This document shows, piece by piece, positions 37,212-47,082 of a stretch of DNA of 55,573 nt; positions within the stretch are counted from its first letter, which is position 1; each line of letters starts with the position of its first letter. A model generated the notes under the pieces. The model made no database searches and was not told the origin of the DNA. It saw nothing but the letters and a program-made list of their open reading frames with translations. The position numbers were made by a program, and so were the translations under genes. The DNA comes from a virus (Duplodnaviria > Caudoviricetes): positions 1 to 55,573 of the IMG/VR virus record IMGVR_UViG_3300018083_000009. One strand, 5' to 3'.

Positions 37212-37760
37212 ATGAGTGGTCGCGTAACACTAATGGAAGGCGACGCGGGGACTCCTCGCGATGTCGTAATTAATCCACTTGCCGCACCTGCTAATCCTTA
37301 TGGTCTTTACCTTCAACCGGCGTTTGCTGGAATGAAGGGTGACTCAATGGATGATAACGTTGATACCTTCGCAGCAAATGCGGTAATTGGTTTCGGACTC
37401 GTAGTTAGTCGAACCGTTGCCGCAGCGAAAACAATTGTTGCTGGTGGAGCAATTCCTGTTGGCGTTTCATTGCATGATCATATCATCGGATCACGCAATA
37501 GTTATATTCAATACGATGCTGTTTCGGTTATGAACCGTGGTAAAGTATGGTGCCAAGTCGGAACGGATACCGCCAATATTGTTGATGGCGCTTATGTTGC
37601 TTACGAAACTGCAACAGGTAAAGTGGTGTTTACTCCTACAGGAAACACCGTATTGCCGAAAGCAATTTTCCGCAGTGTGCCAATTGCGGTTTATGATATC
37701 ACTTACACAACGACAACTAACATTGCGTTGGTTGAACTGCACTATGGACTGTCGGTGTAA
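37212..37760 (+). CDS. Head decoration/cement protein
   Basis: Position between DUF2213 and the capsid gene; IGFG..V, VSVMNRGKVW. Confidence 0.75.
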   Translation: MSGRVTLMEGDAGTPRDVVINPLAAPANPYGLYLQPAFAGMKGDSMDDNVDTFAANAVIGFGLVVSRTVAAAKTIVAGGAIPVGVSLHDHIIGSRNSYIQYDAVSVMNRGKVWCQVGTDTANIVDGAYVAYETATGKVVFTPTGNTVLPKAIFRSVPIAVYDITYTTTTNIALVELHYGLSV

Positions 37761-37784
37761 CAACTAAACGCAGGAGTAACGATT

Positions 37785-38780
37785 ATGCCGCCTTTTGATA
37801 ATGGACCACAAAATCACGAACGTTACGATGAAGGATGGGCCGCGCATCTAGCTGATGTATCAACACGTTTGTTTCGTGAAGATGCTTTTGGCGATCCTTT
37901 GCATATGGGTATTTGGCTAGCTCGTAATCTCGACTACGTAACGAGTAAAGTTTACGTTCGTTTGCTTCCAGCAATCAATGCTGATCGACTTGTTCCTGAT
38001 GATACAAGCATTCCGGAATGGATTGAGACCGTAACAACGACTCAGTTTGATTCCGTTGGCATGGCAAAAGTAATCGCGAACTATGCTGATGACTTGCCGA
38101 GAGTCGATGTTCGCGGTGCGGAAAAGATGGTGCAGGTTAAGACCATCGGTGATAGTTACGGTTATAACGTAAACGAACTTCGTGCCAGTCGCGCAACAGG
38201 TGTTGGTCTTGACCAACGTAAAGCTGACTCCGCCAGGAGAGCAATCGAACTTAAGGTTGCACAAATCAAACTAACTGGCGATGCTGATTACGGATTGTAT
38301 GGATTGTTCACACATCCAAACATTCCGGAAGTGGTTCTTCCGGTTCTGGGAGACTGGACTGGACTTACTGGCGATCAAATCTATACTAACTTGCTTGCCA
38401 TTGTTGGATCATATCAGACTCAAAACAAAGGAGTCCATGTAGCGAACTTTCTTGAACTCGCACCGAAAGCATATTTCGCTGCGTCAACTAAGTTCATTAC
38501 TGGACCATCACCAACGACCCCGCTTGCATTGTTTAACCAGAACTTTCCGGCTATCACAGTCGAAATGATTTGGGAACTGCAAGGTGCTAGTTCTGCTGGT
38601 AAAGATATCGCATTGTTGTATGAGCGGAATGTTGATAACATTTCGCATCTGTACGTCATGCCGTTTACGCAACTACCTCCGGAAGCGCGCAATCTAGAAA
38701 TTGTCGTTGACTGCATGGCACGTTCTGGTGGCGTTCAAGTCTTCTATCCACTTTCGTTGCTTAAGGCGTTGACAACTTAG
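37785..38780 (+). CDS. Major capsid protein (DUF2184-type)
   Basis: YADDLPRVD, YGYNVNELRA, GLYGLF.HPN motifs; size and synteny. Confidence 0.9.
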   Translation: MPPFDNGPQNHERYDEGWAAHLADVSTRLFREDAFGDPLHMGIWLARNLDYVTSKVYVRLLPAINADRLVPDDTSIPEWIETVTTTQFDSVGMAKVIANYADDLPRVDVRGAEKMVQVKTIGDSYGYNVNELRASRATGVGLDQRKADSARRAIELKVAQIKLTGDADYGLYGLFTHPNIPEVVLPVLGDWTGLTGDQIYTNLLAIVGSYQTQNKGVHVANFLELAPKAYFAASTKFITGPSPTTPLALFNQNFPAITVEMIWELQGASSAGKDIALLYERNVDNISHLYVMPFTQLPPEARNLEIVVDCMARSGGVQVFYPLSLLKALTT

Positions 38781-38790
38781 GAGGCAAACA

Positions 38791-39015
38791 ATGACACTAA
38801 TCGTTAACAAAACAGCACGAGCTATCATCATTGGTGGCGTAGGTCTGACTCCTAACGTTCCAACTGAAATTGATCCATCTTTACTTGATAACGATAGAGT
38901 AAAGGAATTGATGGAGTCTGGTGAACTTGCAGAATCAGATGGATCGACTCCGCAACCTTCTGATCCGGCAACGACAACCCAACCAGAAGTTAAAGAAACC
39001 ACACCGAAACCCTGA
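38791..39015 (+). CDS. Small head-region protein
   Basis: GGAGG RBS; follows the capsid gene. Confidence 0.65.
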   Translation: MTLIVNKTARAIIIGGVGLTPNVPTEIDPSLLDNDRVKELMESGELAESDGSTPQPSDPATTTQPEVKETTPKP

Positions 39016-39035
39016 TTAAGTATGGAGTAACAACG

Positions 39036-39479
39036 ATGCCGTTTGGTTTCTTTGTAGAAGTTGATCGTGGTCACCCTGGCAATGAATTGCCAGGTAGCGG
39101 TCATATTGATAATTCGTTGCCTCCTGGCGTGCCACCGCTAGGTAGCACTTTGCCAATTCCACCACCTGGGATTTGGCCACCACCTTCGTTTGGACATCCG
39201 ATCGTTCCGATTGGTCCTGACAATACTTTGCCAGTTCAGCCCGGAACAATCTGGCCACCTCCTGGTGCACCGAATCGACCAGGGAATGAATTGCCCGGTC
39301 AGCCTAGCACGCCAGATAATTCGTTGCCTTCTAGTAAATTCTGGGTCGTTGCTGGAATCCCTGGTGTTGGTTGGCGTTATGTTTGTGTCGATCCTTCACT
39401 GACTGTTGGTAACGCATTGCCAACAACACCGGCAAGACCAGGACAAGCATTGCCACCGACTGCCGCACCCAAAACGTAA
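39036..39479 (+). CDS. Proline-rich repeat protein
   Basis: PGNELPG, DN(S/T)LP and IWPPP repeats; GGAG RBS. Confidence 0.7.
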   Translation: MPFGFFVEVDRGHPGNELPGSGHIDNSLPPGVPPLGSTLPIPPPGIWPPPSFGHPIVPIGPDNTLPVQPGTIWPPPGAPNRPGNELPGQPSTPDNSLPSSKFWVVAGIPGVGWRYVCVDPSLTVGNALPTTPARPGQALPPTAAPKT

Positions 39480-39489
39480 GGGAAACGAA

Positions 39490-40230
39490 ATGCTTAAATA
39501 CGCACTGGCAACGGTGTCACTCCTGGCGCTCTATGCGCCAGGAGCAAATGCGGATATCATTTCGACTTTGGGATATACCGCTAATGCAAACACTTCCGCA
39601 CTTAGTTTGATTGCAGTTCCACCACCAGGAAATCAACCACTCAACACACCTTGTTTGATTTGCGGAACGAGTCAACCGCAACAACCGGCAAACTTTGGTT
39701 ACAATAATTACCAGCAGTCTGGTAATCAAACGTTGTTTAGTGATTTCTCTACTGCTGCGACTGGCAATCAAAGTCTTGGAACGGATGTGGAAGGAACGCC
39801 ATATCTCGTTTCGTTTCTGCGAGCATTCTTGCTTAGTCAACTTGACTTGAATGGTCGTCTCGATGTCGGTATTGATGTTAATACCGGAACGGGTCAAGGA
39901 CCGGAAGTGTTGCAACGTTTTGTTGTAGTTGATGTCGTAAACAAAACGATACTCGCAGACTACAATCCGGTTGGTGGAACACCGTTGCCAACAGCTAACA
40001 ATGGCACTGGTTTTCCTGACTACATATTGAGTGGATTTAATATCGACCGTAACGATCTTTCACCAAACTCACAAATCGAGTTTTATGCAAGATGGTCGAA
40101 TGCTAGTGACGGTGCTGAATCGTTCTTTCTAGTTCCGGTTCCGGGACAACAGGATGTGCCAGAACCAATGAGTCTTGCACTTATGGGTATGGGTCTTCTC
40201 GGACTTGGAATGATTCGTCGTAAGGCATAA
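39490..40230 (+). CDS. PEP-CTERM sorting-domain surface protein
   Basis: Signal peptide MLKYALATVSLLALYAPGANA; C-terminal VPEPMSLALMGMGLLGLGMIRRKA. Confidence 0.9.
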   Translation: MLKYALATVSLLALYAPGANADIISTLGYTANANTSALSLIAVPPPGNQPLNTPCLICGTSQPQQPANFGYNNYQQSGNQTLFSDFSTAATGNQSLGTDVEGTPYLVSFLRAFLLSQLDLNGRLDVGIDVNTGTGQGPEVLQRFVVVDVVNKTILADYNPVGGTPLPTANNGTGFPDYILSGFNIDRNDLSPNSQIEFYARWSNASDGAESFFLVPVPGQQDVPEPMSLALMGMGLLGLGMIRRKA

Positions 40231-40237
40231 CATTACG

Positions 40238-40756
40238 ATGGTCGAAGCAATAAACTTACCTGCACCTGTAGGATTGCCACCACACTATGATCAAGTGGTT
40301 GCAATCCTACAACTATTCTTTCCACAGTTCTTTGACCCTGACTCTCCACAGTTTGTTCCACCTGATACAATGAATCTACTCATTGCGATTGCGGAAGAAG
40401 CTAGACCGTGGTGTCTATCGGAAGATCGTCAGAATTTTGCACAAGCTATGTATACAGCTTATTTAGTTGGAGTGCGAAACGATACAAGTTCCGGTGAGTC
40501 ATCCATTCCGGTATCAGGGCCAATTACCTCTGAGAAAGAAGGTGATATTCAAGTTACATATGCATCTAGTTCAAGTGGTTCCACTAAGGTATCGGATCGA
40601 CCATCATCCGATCCATGGGATGCGTGGAACAGACTCTATACTCGTTGCAGTCGAGGAGCGATCTTGACTCGCTATGGTGATCCAATGAAAAGCGCAAACG
40701 ACTTGACAACGATTCTTTACATTCGCGCGTATAACGTTTGGTATCCGATATGGTAA
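40238..40756 (+). CDS. Head-tail adaptor (DUF4054-like)
   Basis: FPQF, ITSEKEGDIQVTY; synteny. Confidence 0.7.
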   Translation: MVEAINLPAPVGLPPHYDQVVAILQLFFPQFFDPDSPQFVPPDTMNLLIAIAEEARPWCLSEDRQNFAQAMYTAYLVGVRNDTSSGESSIPVSGPITSEKEGDIQVTYASSSSGSTKVSDRPSSDPWDAWNRLYTRCSRGAILTRYGDPMKSANDLTTILYIRAYNVWYPIW

Positions 40757-41286
40757 CGGTAATCGATAGAGACTTAGGATATAAACGAATCTTCAAAGAT
40801 ATAAAAGATCTTGACGGTAAAGGAGTCAAGGTCGGAATAATGGGTGGCGAGTCTGTTGATGGGGTTGCAATAGTTGATTATGCGGTATGGAATGAGTTCG
40901 GAACCAAAACAATTCCGGCTAGACCGTTTATGCAACATACCGCAGATTTGCACGCAGACGAAACGATTCAATACTCAGGATTTCTTATTGGCAGAATGAT
41001 CGATGGCGCAATTAAACCGGACAAGTTACTTAAGAATCTAGGGGAATTTTATGTTAAGCGAATGAAGATGGTCGTTCGCAATGCGAAAGAATGGGCACAA
41101 GAAAACGCTGATTCTACTATCGCCCGTAAAGGTTCTAGTTCACCACTGATTGATATTGGTCGTATGGTTAACGCAATTGATTATGAAGTAACGAGTGGTG
41201 GAAAAACTGGTGGTTCCGTTGGTGGAATAACTAAAGCAGTTGGCGCACTTGGAAAAGTTGCCGGTAGATTTGCTGGTTTAAGATAG
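40750..41286 (+). CDS. Neck/tail-completion protein
   Basis: VKVGI, NEFGT..IPARPF, NA.STI.RKGSS.PLID.G. Confidence 0.8.
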   Translation: MVTVIDRDLGYKRIFKDIKDLDGKGVKVGIMGGESVDGVAIVDYAVWNEFGTKTIPARPFMQHTADLHADETIQYSGFLIGRMIDGAIKPDKLLKNLGEFYVKRMKMVVRNAKEWAQENADSTIARKGSSSPLIDIGRMVNAIDYEVTSGGKTGGSVGGITKAVGALGKVAGRFAGLR

Positions 41287-41295
41287 GAAACAATC

Positions 41296-41571
41296 ATGTC
41301 GCAAACGAATACAATGCCTCCGATGCCGCGCACTGGACCGGAATGTGGTAACGATCCTGCAATGTGTCGAATCACAAACGGTTCGCATGTGCAAGATCCG
41401 ATCATCGATTGGGCTCCGGAATATGACGGAACCGGAAAGATGACTAACAGCGACCCGAATACTTTCATTCGCACAATTGTTTGTTCCGCTTGTGGTGGTG
41501 AATGGGAAGATACAACGGCTCCCGGCAGTCCTCCCGCCAGGAGAACTGTTACGGAACCTAATACTTTATAA
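41296..41571 (+). CDS. Small Cys-containing hypothetical protein
   Basis: C....C and CSAC motifs; AGGA RBS. Confidence 0.6.
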   Translation: MSQTNTMPPMPRTGPECGNDPAMCRITNGSHVQDPIIDWAPEYDGTGKMTNSDPNTFIRTIVCSACGGEWEDTTAPGSPPARRTVTEPNTL

Positions 41572-41984
41572 TGGCAACTTCGTTTCGAATGCCGTTTCAA
41601 ATTCTGCGCCGTGACATAGGCTATTGGGTAAACGGCGTTTATAAAATGAGTGACCAAGCTGGAACAATTCAAACCATTATGGCAACGGTTCAAGTTCCAA
41701 GCGAGCGTGACAAAACAAGTATCGATGCGACCCCGTATGGAAGACGGGCTGCACGCTACATAAAAATTTATACCGACACCAGATTGAATAGCGTCAATCA
41801 AGAGATTGAAGGTATGCGCCAAACTTACGCTGGCGATATATTTTATTACGATAACTCACAGTATTTGGTATTCGGCGAATCAGACTTCACCATGTTAGGC
41901 CGGTCGCGTAATACAAAGGTTTCGCACTGGCGCTATTATGCTTGTGAAACAATAGAAGGTTTTGTTTCGGAAACGGCTCCATGA
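41571..41984 (+). CDS. Head-closure protein
   Basis: G.WVNG.Y, IKIYT; synteny. Confidence 0.7.
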   Translation: MATSFRMPFQILRRDIGYWVNGVYKMSDQAGTIQTIMATVQVPSERDKTSIDATPYGRRAARYIKIYTDTRLNSVNQEIEGMRQTYAGDIFYYDNSQYLVFGESDFTMLGRSRNTKVSHWRYYACETIEGFVSETAP

Positions 41985-42547
41985 TCGACAAGCTTTGGAC
42001 ACTTCTCGATTATGTAATGAATCATGCAAACAATAAAAATGTGCCGATCATATGGTCATATCAAAACGCTGCAAGAATAAAGAAGCCATATATCGTTCTC
42101 GATTATACAACGAATGATTTGCCGAACTTCGATATTCAAGATCAATACGTTGATGAAAGTGGAATCAGGATTCTTTCCTCCTGGCGTAGAGTTGTTGCAG
42201 ACGTGCAATTTTACGATGCAAAAGATTCGATGCAACTAGCGAACTTTATGGCCATGGCTTTAGCAACTGAAGTATCGTTGCTAAAACAATGTGAACTTGA
42301 TTGCTCTATCGGAAATAGATTGTTCTTTCAGCGTATACCTGCATTGCTTAATAATTCACAATATGAAGATCGGGCAATCTATCAGTTTGATTTTTACTAT
42401 ACCGAATTGTTTAAAGAAGACGTTGGCTTTATTGCAACTGTAATCGTTGAAGGAAACTATACCGGAAGCCTAACCGATGTAAAATGCACCGAAACGATAT
42501 CTGTTCCGTATCCATCACATCCCATCGTCATCCCGCCAGGAGAATGA
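41981..42547 (+). CDS. Tail terminator/neck protein
   Basis: IIWSYQNA...KPYI; synteny before the sheath. Confidence 0.7.
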   Translation: MIDKLWTLLDYVMNHANNKNVPIIWSYQNAARIKKPYIVLDYTTNDLPNFDIQDQYVDESGIRILSSWRRVVADVQFYDAKDSMQLANFMAMALATEVSLLKQCELDCSIGNRLFFQRIPALLNNSQYEDRAIYQFDFYYTELFKEDVGFIATVIVEGNYTGSLTDVKCTETISVPYPSHPIVIPPGE

Positions 42548-42550
42548 TTT

Positions 42551-42832
42551 ATGGCTGGTAAACGTCGAACAGCTTGCGATATATTGATGAATCCTCGTAA
42601 GAAAGATAGGTCGCGTGGAAGGCAACGAACTTCAATCGACCCTAAAATGATGTTGGTGGCTTGCCGAAAACTTGCGGCTGATTTGCGAGCTGAGTCCACT
42701 GCTGGTTGGCCACCGGTTAAATTACGTGATGGAAACAGCATAAGTCGTGCCGATGCTGCCATATCGATGGACCAACAAGGGGATAGGTGGGAGTTGGAAA
42801 CAACACCATTGTTAGCAAAAGCCAACACTTAA
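42551..42832 (+). CDS. Hypothetical basic protein
   Basis: ORF fills the gap; AGGAG RBS supplied by a motif copy. Confidence 0.5.
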   Translation: MAGKRRTACDILMNPRKKDRSRGRQRTSIDPKMMLVACRKLAADLRAESTAGWPPVKLRDGNSISRADAAISMDQQGDRWELETTPLLAKANT

Positions 42833-42848
42833 AATAGGAGTATGTCAC

Positions 42849-43991
42849 TTGGCGAATATCGATAGAATCGTTAAGGTATCTATTCAGCTTCGAACTGCTG
42901 GAATAACGGCAATCAACTTTAATGACTTGCTTTTGTTTGGTCCGTTTACTATTCCGGCACCAGCAACAGCGAAAGTTTTTATCATTACTGATCCGGATGA
43001 ATTGGTTGAGTCTTATGGCGTGCTTGTCGATGACCCAATGTATAAAGCGGCGCAGGTATTCTTTAGTCAGATACCACATCCGCCACGACTGTTTATCGGT
43101 CATGACAATAATGCCGCAGACGTAACGACTGATCTCATTGCGATTAATGATGAGAACTCGGATTGGTATGGTATCTGTGACGTTTTGCATGATGGAACAA
43201 GAGCCGTTGACATTGCGGAATGGGTTGAAGCGCACGAGAAAATTTTCGTTACAGTCTTGAATGATGCTGGTGATATTTCCGCACCTGCAACAGATACAAC
43301 TTCCGTTGCCCATTTGCTTATGCAAGGTAATTTCTTCCGCACCGCATGGTGGTGGAATCCTAGCTTAGAAGAGTTTCCAGATGTTGCGATTGCAGCTAAA
43401 TCGTTCACCAAATATCCTGGCCAGGAGACATGGGCTAATCAACGTTTATCAGCTGTAATGTCTACTTTCCTAAGTGAAACGATTGCACAAAACATCTTTG
43501 CTAAGAATGGAAACACTTTCGAACCGTTCCGTAATATCAGTATTACTCAGAATGGCAAGACTTCTGGCGGTGAATGGATCGATGTGATTCGTTTCCGTGA
43601 TTGGTTGTGTGAAGAAATTAAAGTTCGCATCTTTCAACAAATGGTCGATAACCGTATTCCATATACTGATCCCGGTATCGCAATCATTCGTTCGAGATTG
43701 CAACAAGCGCTAGACTTTGGTGTTAAACGCGGAGGCATCGCGCCACCGGAAGTTGATATCGAAGGTAACTATGTTCCGAGTTACGTTATTGAAGTTCCGC
43801 TTTCTATGACAATCTCGCCTAATGATAAAGCGAATCGAATCTTGCGAGACGTTTACTTTACGGCACGACTCGCTGGCGCGATTCACGTTGTCGAAATACA
43901 AGGAACTCTCACTTATGATAACCTTGCAGTAAGCGCGAGTTCTTCTAGTCCTACAGGTGGAATGACTCGTAACGTTTCTGTAGCAGCATAG
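42849..43991 (+). CDS. Tail sheath protein (DUF3383-type), TTG start
   Basis: ANIDRIV.V.I, YKAA..FFSQ.P.P, G.WIDVIR..DWL, RIPYTD.GI, ARLAGAIH.V.I.G. Confidence 0.92.
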   Translation: MANIDRIVKVSIQLRTAGITAINFNDLLLFGPFTIPAPATAKVFIITDPDELVESYGVLVDDPMYKAAQVFFSQIPHPPRLFIGHDNNAADVTTDLIAINDENSDWYGICDVLHDGTRAVDIAEWVEAHEKIFVTVLNDAGDISAPATDTTSVAHLLMQGNFFRTAWWWNPSLEEFPDVAIAAKSFTKYPGQETWANQRLSAVMSTFLSETIAQNIFAKNGNTFEPFRNISITQNGKTSGGEWIDVIRFRDWLCEEIKVRIFQQMVDNRIPYTDPGIAIIRSRLQQALDFGVKRGGIAPPEVDIEGNYVPSYVIEVPLSMTISPNDKANRILRDVYFTARLAGAIHVVEIQGTLTYDNLAVSASSSSPTGGMTRNVSVAA

Positions 43992-44003
43992 GAGGTAAAA
44001 TAA

Positions 44004-44447
44004 ATGGCTGGTATTCGCACTTATAATTCTGGACGCGTAACAGTGACTTTTAATGGTTTCAATATCACTGGTTTCGCTGATGGAACTTTCATCAACGTTA
44101 CGCAACAGAACGATGGTATAACGACTCAAGTTGGTGCTGATGGTGAATTGGCTAGAGCCATTAATACTGATCGTCGTTGCACTGTTACCGTTACGCTCCA
44201 ACAAACTTCACCAGCTAACGATTTCCTTTCGACCATGTATAGTGTTGATTCGTTAACGTGCGGTGGTCGTATCGGTCCTATATTAATTCAAGATTTGTGT
44301 GGCGATACAATGTTTGCCGCGAGTGACGCATGGATCGTTAAGCCCGCTGATATTGAGTTCGGTAAAGAAGTGTCTACGCGCGCGTGGCAAATTCATACTG
44401 GTGCTCCTGCAATTTATACTGTTGGTGGAAACGCAATTAGTAATTAA
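44004..44447 (+). CDS. Tail tube protein (DUF3277-type)
   Basis: ITGFADGTFI, VGADGE, TLQQTSPAN..LS. Confidence 0.9.
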   Translation: MAGIRTYNSGRVTVTFNGFNITGFADGTFINVTQQNDGITTQVGADGELARAINTDRRCTVTVTLQQTSPANDFLSTMYSVDSLTCGGRIGPILIQDLCGDTMFAASDAWIVKPADIEFGKEVSTRAWQIHTGAPAIYTVGGNAISN

Positions 44448-44455
44448 GGATTAAC

Positions 44456-44908
44456 ATGGCTCAGACAAGACATGAATTTATATTGGAGAATGGCAACAAG
44501 TTTTACATTCGAAAATATGATCCGTTTCTGGCACTAAGAATATTGGGAGAAGTTCAAAAGAAATTTTTGGTTGCGGTAACATCATTAATGGAAGCGCAAG
44601 ATGCAACATTAAGTCAAGAAGATAAGGAAAGGAACCTATTCAAAGCAATCGATCACATTTCTAAAAGTCTTGATGGCGACTCTATTGTTTCACTTGTCAA
44701 ACAAGTTCTAAACTCTGAGTTCATTTCGGTGTCGATTGAAGGTGAACCGCCAGAGAAGCTTGATGAAGGAATGCTTAATCGATCTACCGATAATTTATTC
44801 GATGTCGTATCAATTGTATTTGAAGTTTTAAAGGTTAACTATACGGAACTTTTTACGCGCGGGCGAACCCTTATTGGACAGGGAACGCCCCAAGAGGCGA
44901 TTCATTAG
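44456..44908 (+). CDS. Tail assembly chaperone
   Basis: Position between tail tube and tape measure. Confidence 0.75.
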   Translation: MAQTRHEFILENGNKFYIRKYDPFLALRILGEVQKKFLVAVTSLMEAQDATLSQEDKERNLFKAIDHISKSLDGDSIVSLVKQVLNSEFISVSIEGEPPEKLDEGMLNRSTDNLFDVVSIVFEVLKVNYTELFTRGRTLIGQGTPQEAIH

Positions 44909-45096
44909 GTGTTCTGCGTGAAGATTTCTTAGAAGAATTAATTATCTGGCGACCGATACTAGAAGGTTTAGTTTCAATTATGGAAGTTAAATCAGGTGAC
45001 GTTGATATTATTGACTTGATGAAACTAAATGCTTTGCTTGATATGAAAGCCGCAATGGAAAAGCGGGAAGCGGATAGAGTTAACAAGGGAAACTAG
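44839..45096 (+). CDS. -1 frame extension of the tail assembly chaperone (putative programmed frameshift)
   Basis: The -1 frame is open from 44839 to 45096 (..IWRPILEG..EVKSG..IIDLMKLNALLDM..) with no early ATG; candidate slip site CTT TTT at 44849-44854. Confidence 0.6.
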   Translation, partial: LYGTFYARANPYWTGNAPRGDSLGVLREDFLEELIIWRPILEGLVSIMEVKSGDVDIIDLMKLNALLDMKAAMEKREADRVNKGN

Positions 45097-45097
45097 T

Positions 45098-46993
45098 TTG
45101 GCAATTGTTCGCGAACTCATTACAGTATTAGGAACGGCGGTTGATACAACCGGTTTCAAACAATATGAAACCGGTATTGCACGAATCAAGGCTTTAGCAC
45201 TTAGTGTTGGCGCGGCATTTGGAATTGCTTTCGGCGCTGAAAAGATTATTGAGTTTGCCGATGGATTAGTTACGGCTGGTAAAGAAATTAATCGTTTACA
45301 CGCACAATTGAATATTATTGGTCGGCCATTTGACGATCTCGATGCATCACAAAAACGAATCTATGAAACCGCTCAATTGTTAGGCACTGAATACAAACAA
45401 GTTTTTAGCACCTTTAAAGATTTCTATAACGAAATGAGGGATACAAATATCCCAATTGAAAAAATTGAAAAGACCACTGAGAACATTTTTAAATCGTTAC
45501 AGATTGGTAAAGCAAATAGAGAAGAGACTGAAAGGGTTCTAGAATTATTTGATCGATCATTTAAACGCGGTGGAATGCGTTCCGTTGGCGTTGGAATGTT
45601 AAGTGATATCGCACCCAAAATATTTGATCAACTGAAACTATTTTATAAGACCGATGAAGATGGTTTGCGCGCTATGGCTAAAGCGGGAGATTTAACCGCT
45701 GAAAAAATCATTGCAGCATTGGGAACAATTCCTCCGGAAATAGAAAAGGAATGGGAGAAAGTTCCGCAGAAACTAGATAAACAATTCACCAAAATACATA
45801 ACGATTTAACTTTAGCAACTGCTGCGATTTATAAACTAACTGATGCATCGATATTCCTTGGACGAATACTTTGGTTTGTTTGGGTAACGTTCCGTAATTC
45901 AATTCTTTCGGTAGTGAAAGAATTAGGCGGACTTAAATCTACTGTTGAACTTTTAGGAATCGCACTAGCAGTTGCGCTTGGTCCTTGGCTTATTGGAACG
46001 TTGTCAACCGTGGTTGGATTGACACTTGCATGGGCCGCAGCAAACGCATTGTTACTTGGTAAATGGATTTTAATTGCTGGTGCTGTTGCTGGCGTTGCAA
46101 TTGCGATACAAGATTTAGTTTATTGGATTCAAGGTAAGGACAGTTTAATTGGTTCTTGGGTCGGATCATTTGATGACCTTGCGGAAAACTTTAAGAAGCT
46201 TGATATTTTCTCAGGCTTTAGATTATTTGATGCAGCAACGAAAGGGAATTGGGACGAGTTCAGAAAAGAATGGGACATATTCAAAACGAATCTTCCAGCT
46301 GAAGTTTTAGCTATCACAGCTACGATTGCACTTATTGGTGGTGCATTTGTAACAATTGGTCCGATCATCGCGGGTGTGCTTAAAGGAATCATTGAAGGAT
46401 TGTTTAAAACTAAAGTCGCTGCGGTAGCAGCGGAAACGGCAATTAAAGGTGTTGGTGGTGCAGGCACTGCTGCGGTAGGTGGTGCTGCTGCCGCAACGAC
46501 TCCAAAGAGTGGAGCATTTAGCAATCTTCTAGGTTTCTTTGCTACACTATTACCATTGTTTTTGACTGGGTCGGCTGGTGGTGAAGATCCTGTATCTAGT
46601 GAACAGAAAAATCAAGAGTATATTCAAAATAGAAAAACGAATGGACCCGATATTATAGATCGTTATATCGGAGGACTTATCGATTTATATAATTTACCAA
46701 GTAAATTTGGAGAGCGCATGTGGCTTGGTCCAGAATCGTTACGAACTCCATCAGTCGTTCCGAATGTATCGCCAGGAGCATTTAATCCGTTAGCTGGACC
46801 GCGAGTCCAGCACACAGAAATTAATCCATCACTAGTTCAAAACAATAGTATCAGAGTAGAAACGCTTCTTGATTCCGCACAAATTGGTTCGGCGATTCAA
46901 AGTCAAATGAATGTCTATGGGGAGCAACTAATCAGTGGAATTTCTAGACAGATTAATACAGCGGGACCACGTGCGGAACAACCCACACAGTGA
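45098..46993 (+). CDS. Tape measure protein (TTG start)
   Basis: AIVRELIT.LG N-terminus, Ala/Gly-rich helical body with TM-like segments; synteny. Confidence 0.85.
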   Translation: MAIVRELITVLGTAVDTTGFKQYETGIARIKALALSVGAAFGIAFGAEKIIEFADGLVTAGKEINRLHAQLNIIGRPFDDLDASQKRIYETAQLLGTEYKQVFSTFKDFYNEMRDTNIPIEKIEKTTENIFKSLQIGKANREETERVLELFDRSFKRGGMRSVGVGMLSDIAPKIFDQLKLFYKTDEDGLRAMAKAGDLTAEKIIAALGTIPPEIEKEWEKVPQKLDKQFTKIHNDLTLATAAIYKLTDASIFLGRILWFVWVTFRNSILSVVKELGGLKSTVELLGIALAVALGPWLIGTLSTVVGLTLAWAAANALLLGKWILIAGAVAGVAIAIQDLVYWIQGKDSLIGSWVGSFDDLAENFKKLDIFSGFRLFDAATKGNWDEFRKEWDIFKTNLPAEVLAITATIALIGGAFVTIGPIIAGVLKGIIEGLFKTKVAAVAAETAIKGVGGAGTAAVGGAAAATTPKSGAFSNLLGFFATLLPLFLTGSAGGEDPVSSEQKNQEYIQNRKTNGPDIIDRYIGGLIDLYNLPSKFGERMWLGPESLRTPSVVPNVSPGAFNPLAGPRVQHTEINPSLVQNNSIRVETLLDSAQIGSAIQSQMNVYGEQLISGISRQINTAGPRAEQPTQ

Positions 46994-47082
46994 ATATTTT
47001 TGTATCAGACATGGAATGTATTATAAGACTTATAACTGTCTATCTTGTATCCAAGAGAAAACAATTCTTTGTGAGAAACTAA

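Noticed and set aside
41181-41822. Long antisense ORFs in the track (e.g. 41181-41822, 25771-26364, 43710-44204, 48672-49112)
   Set aside because: They are shadows of well-supported + strand genes and lack RBS or protein-like motifs.
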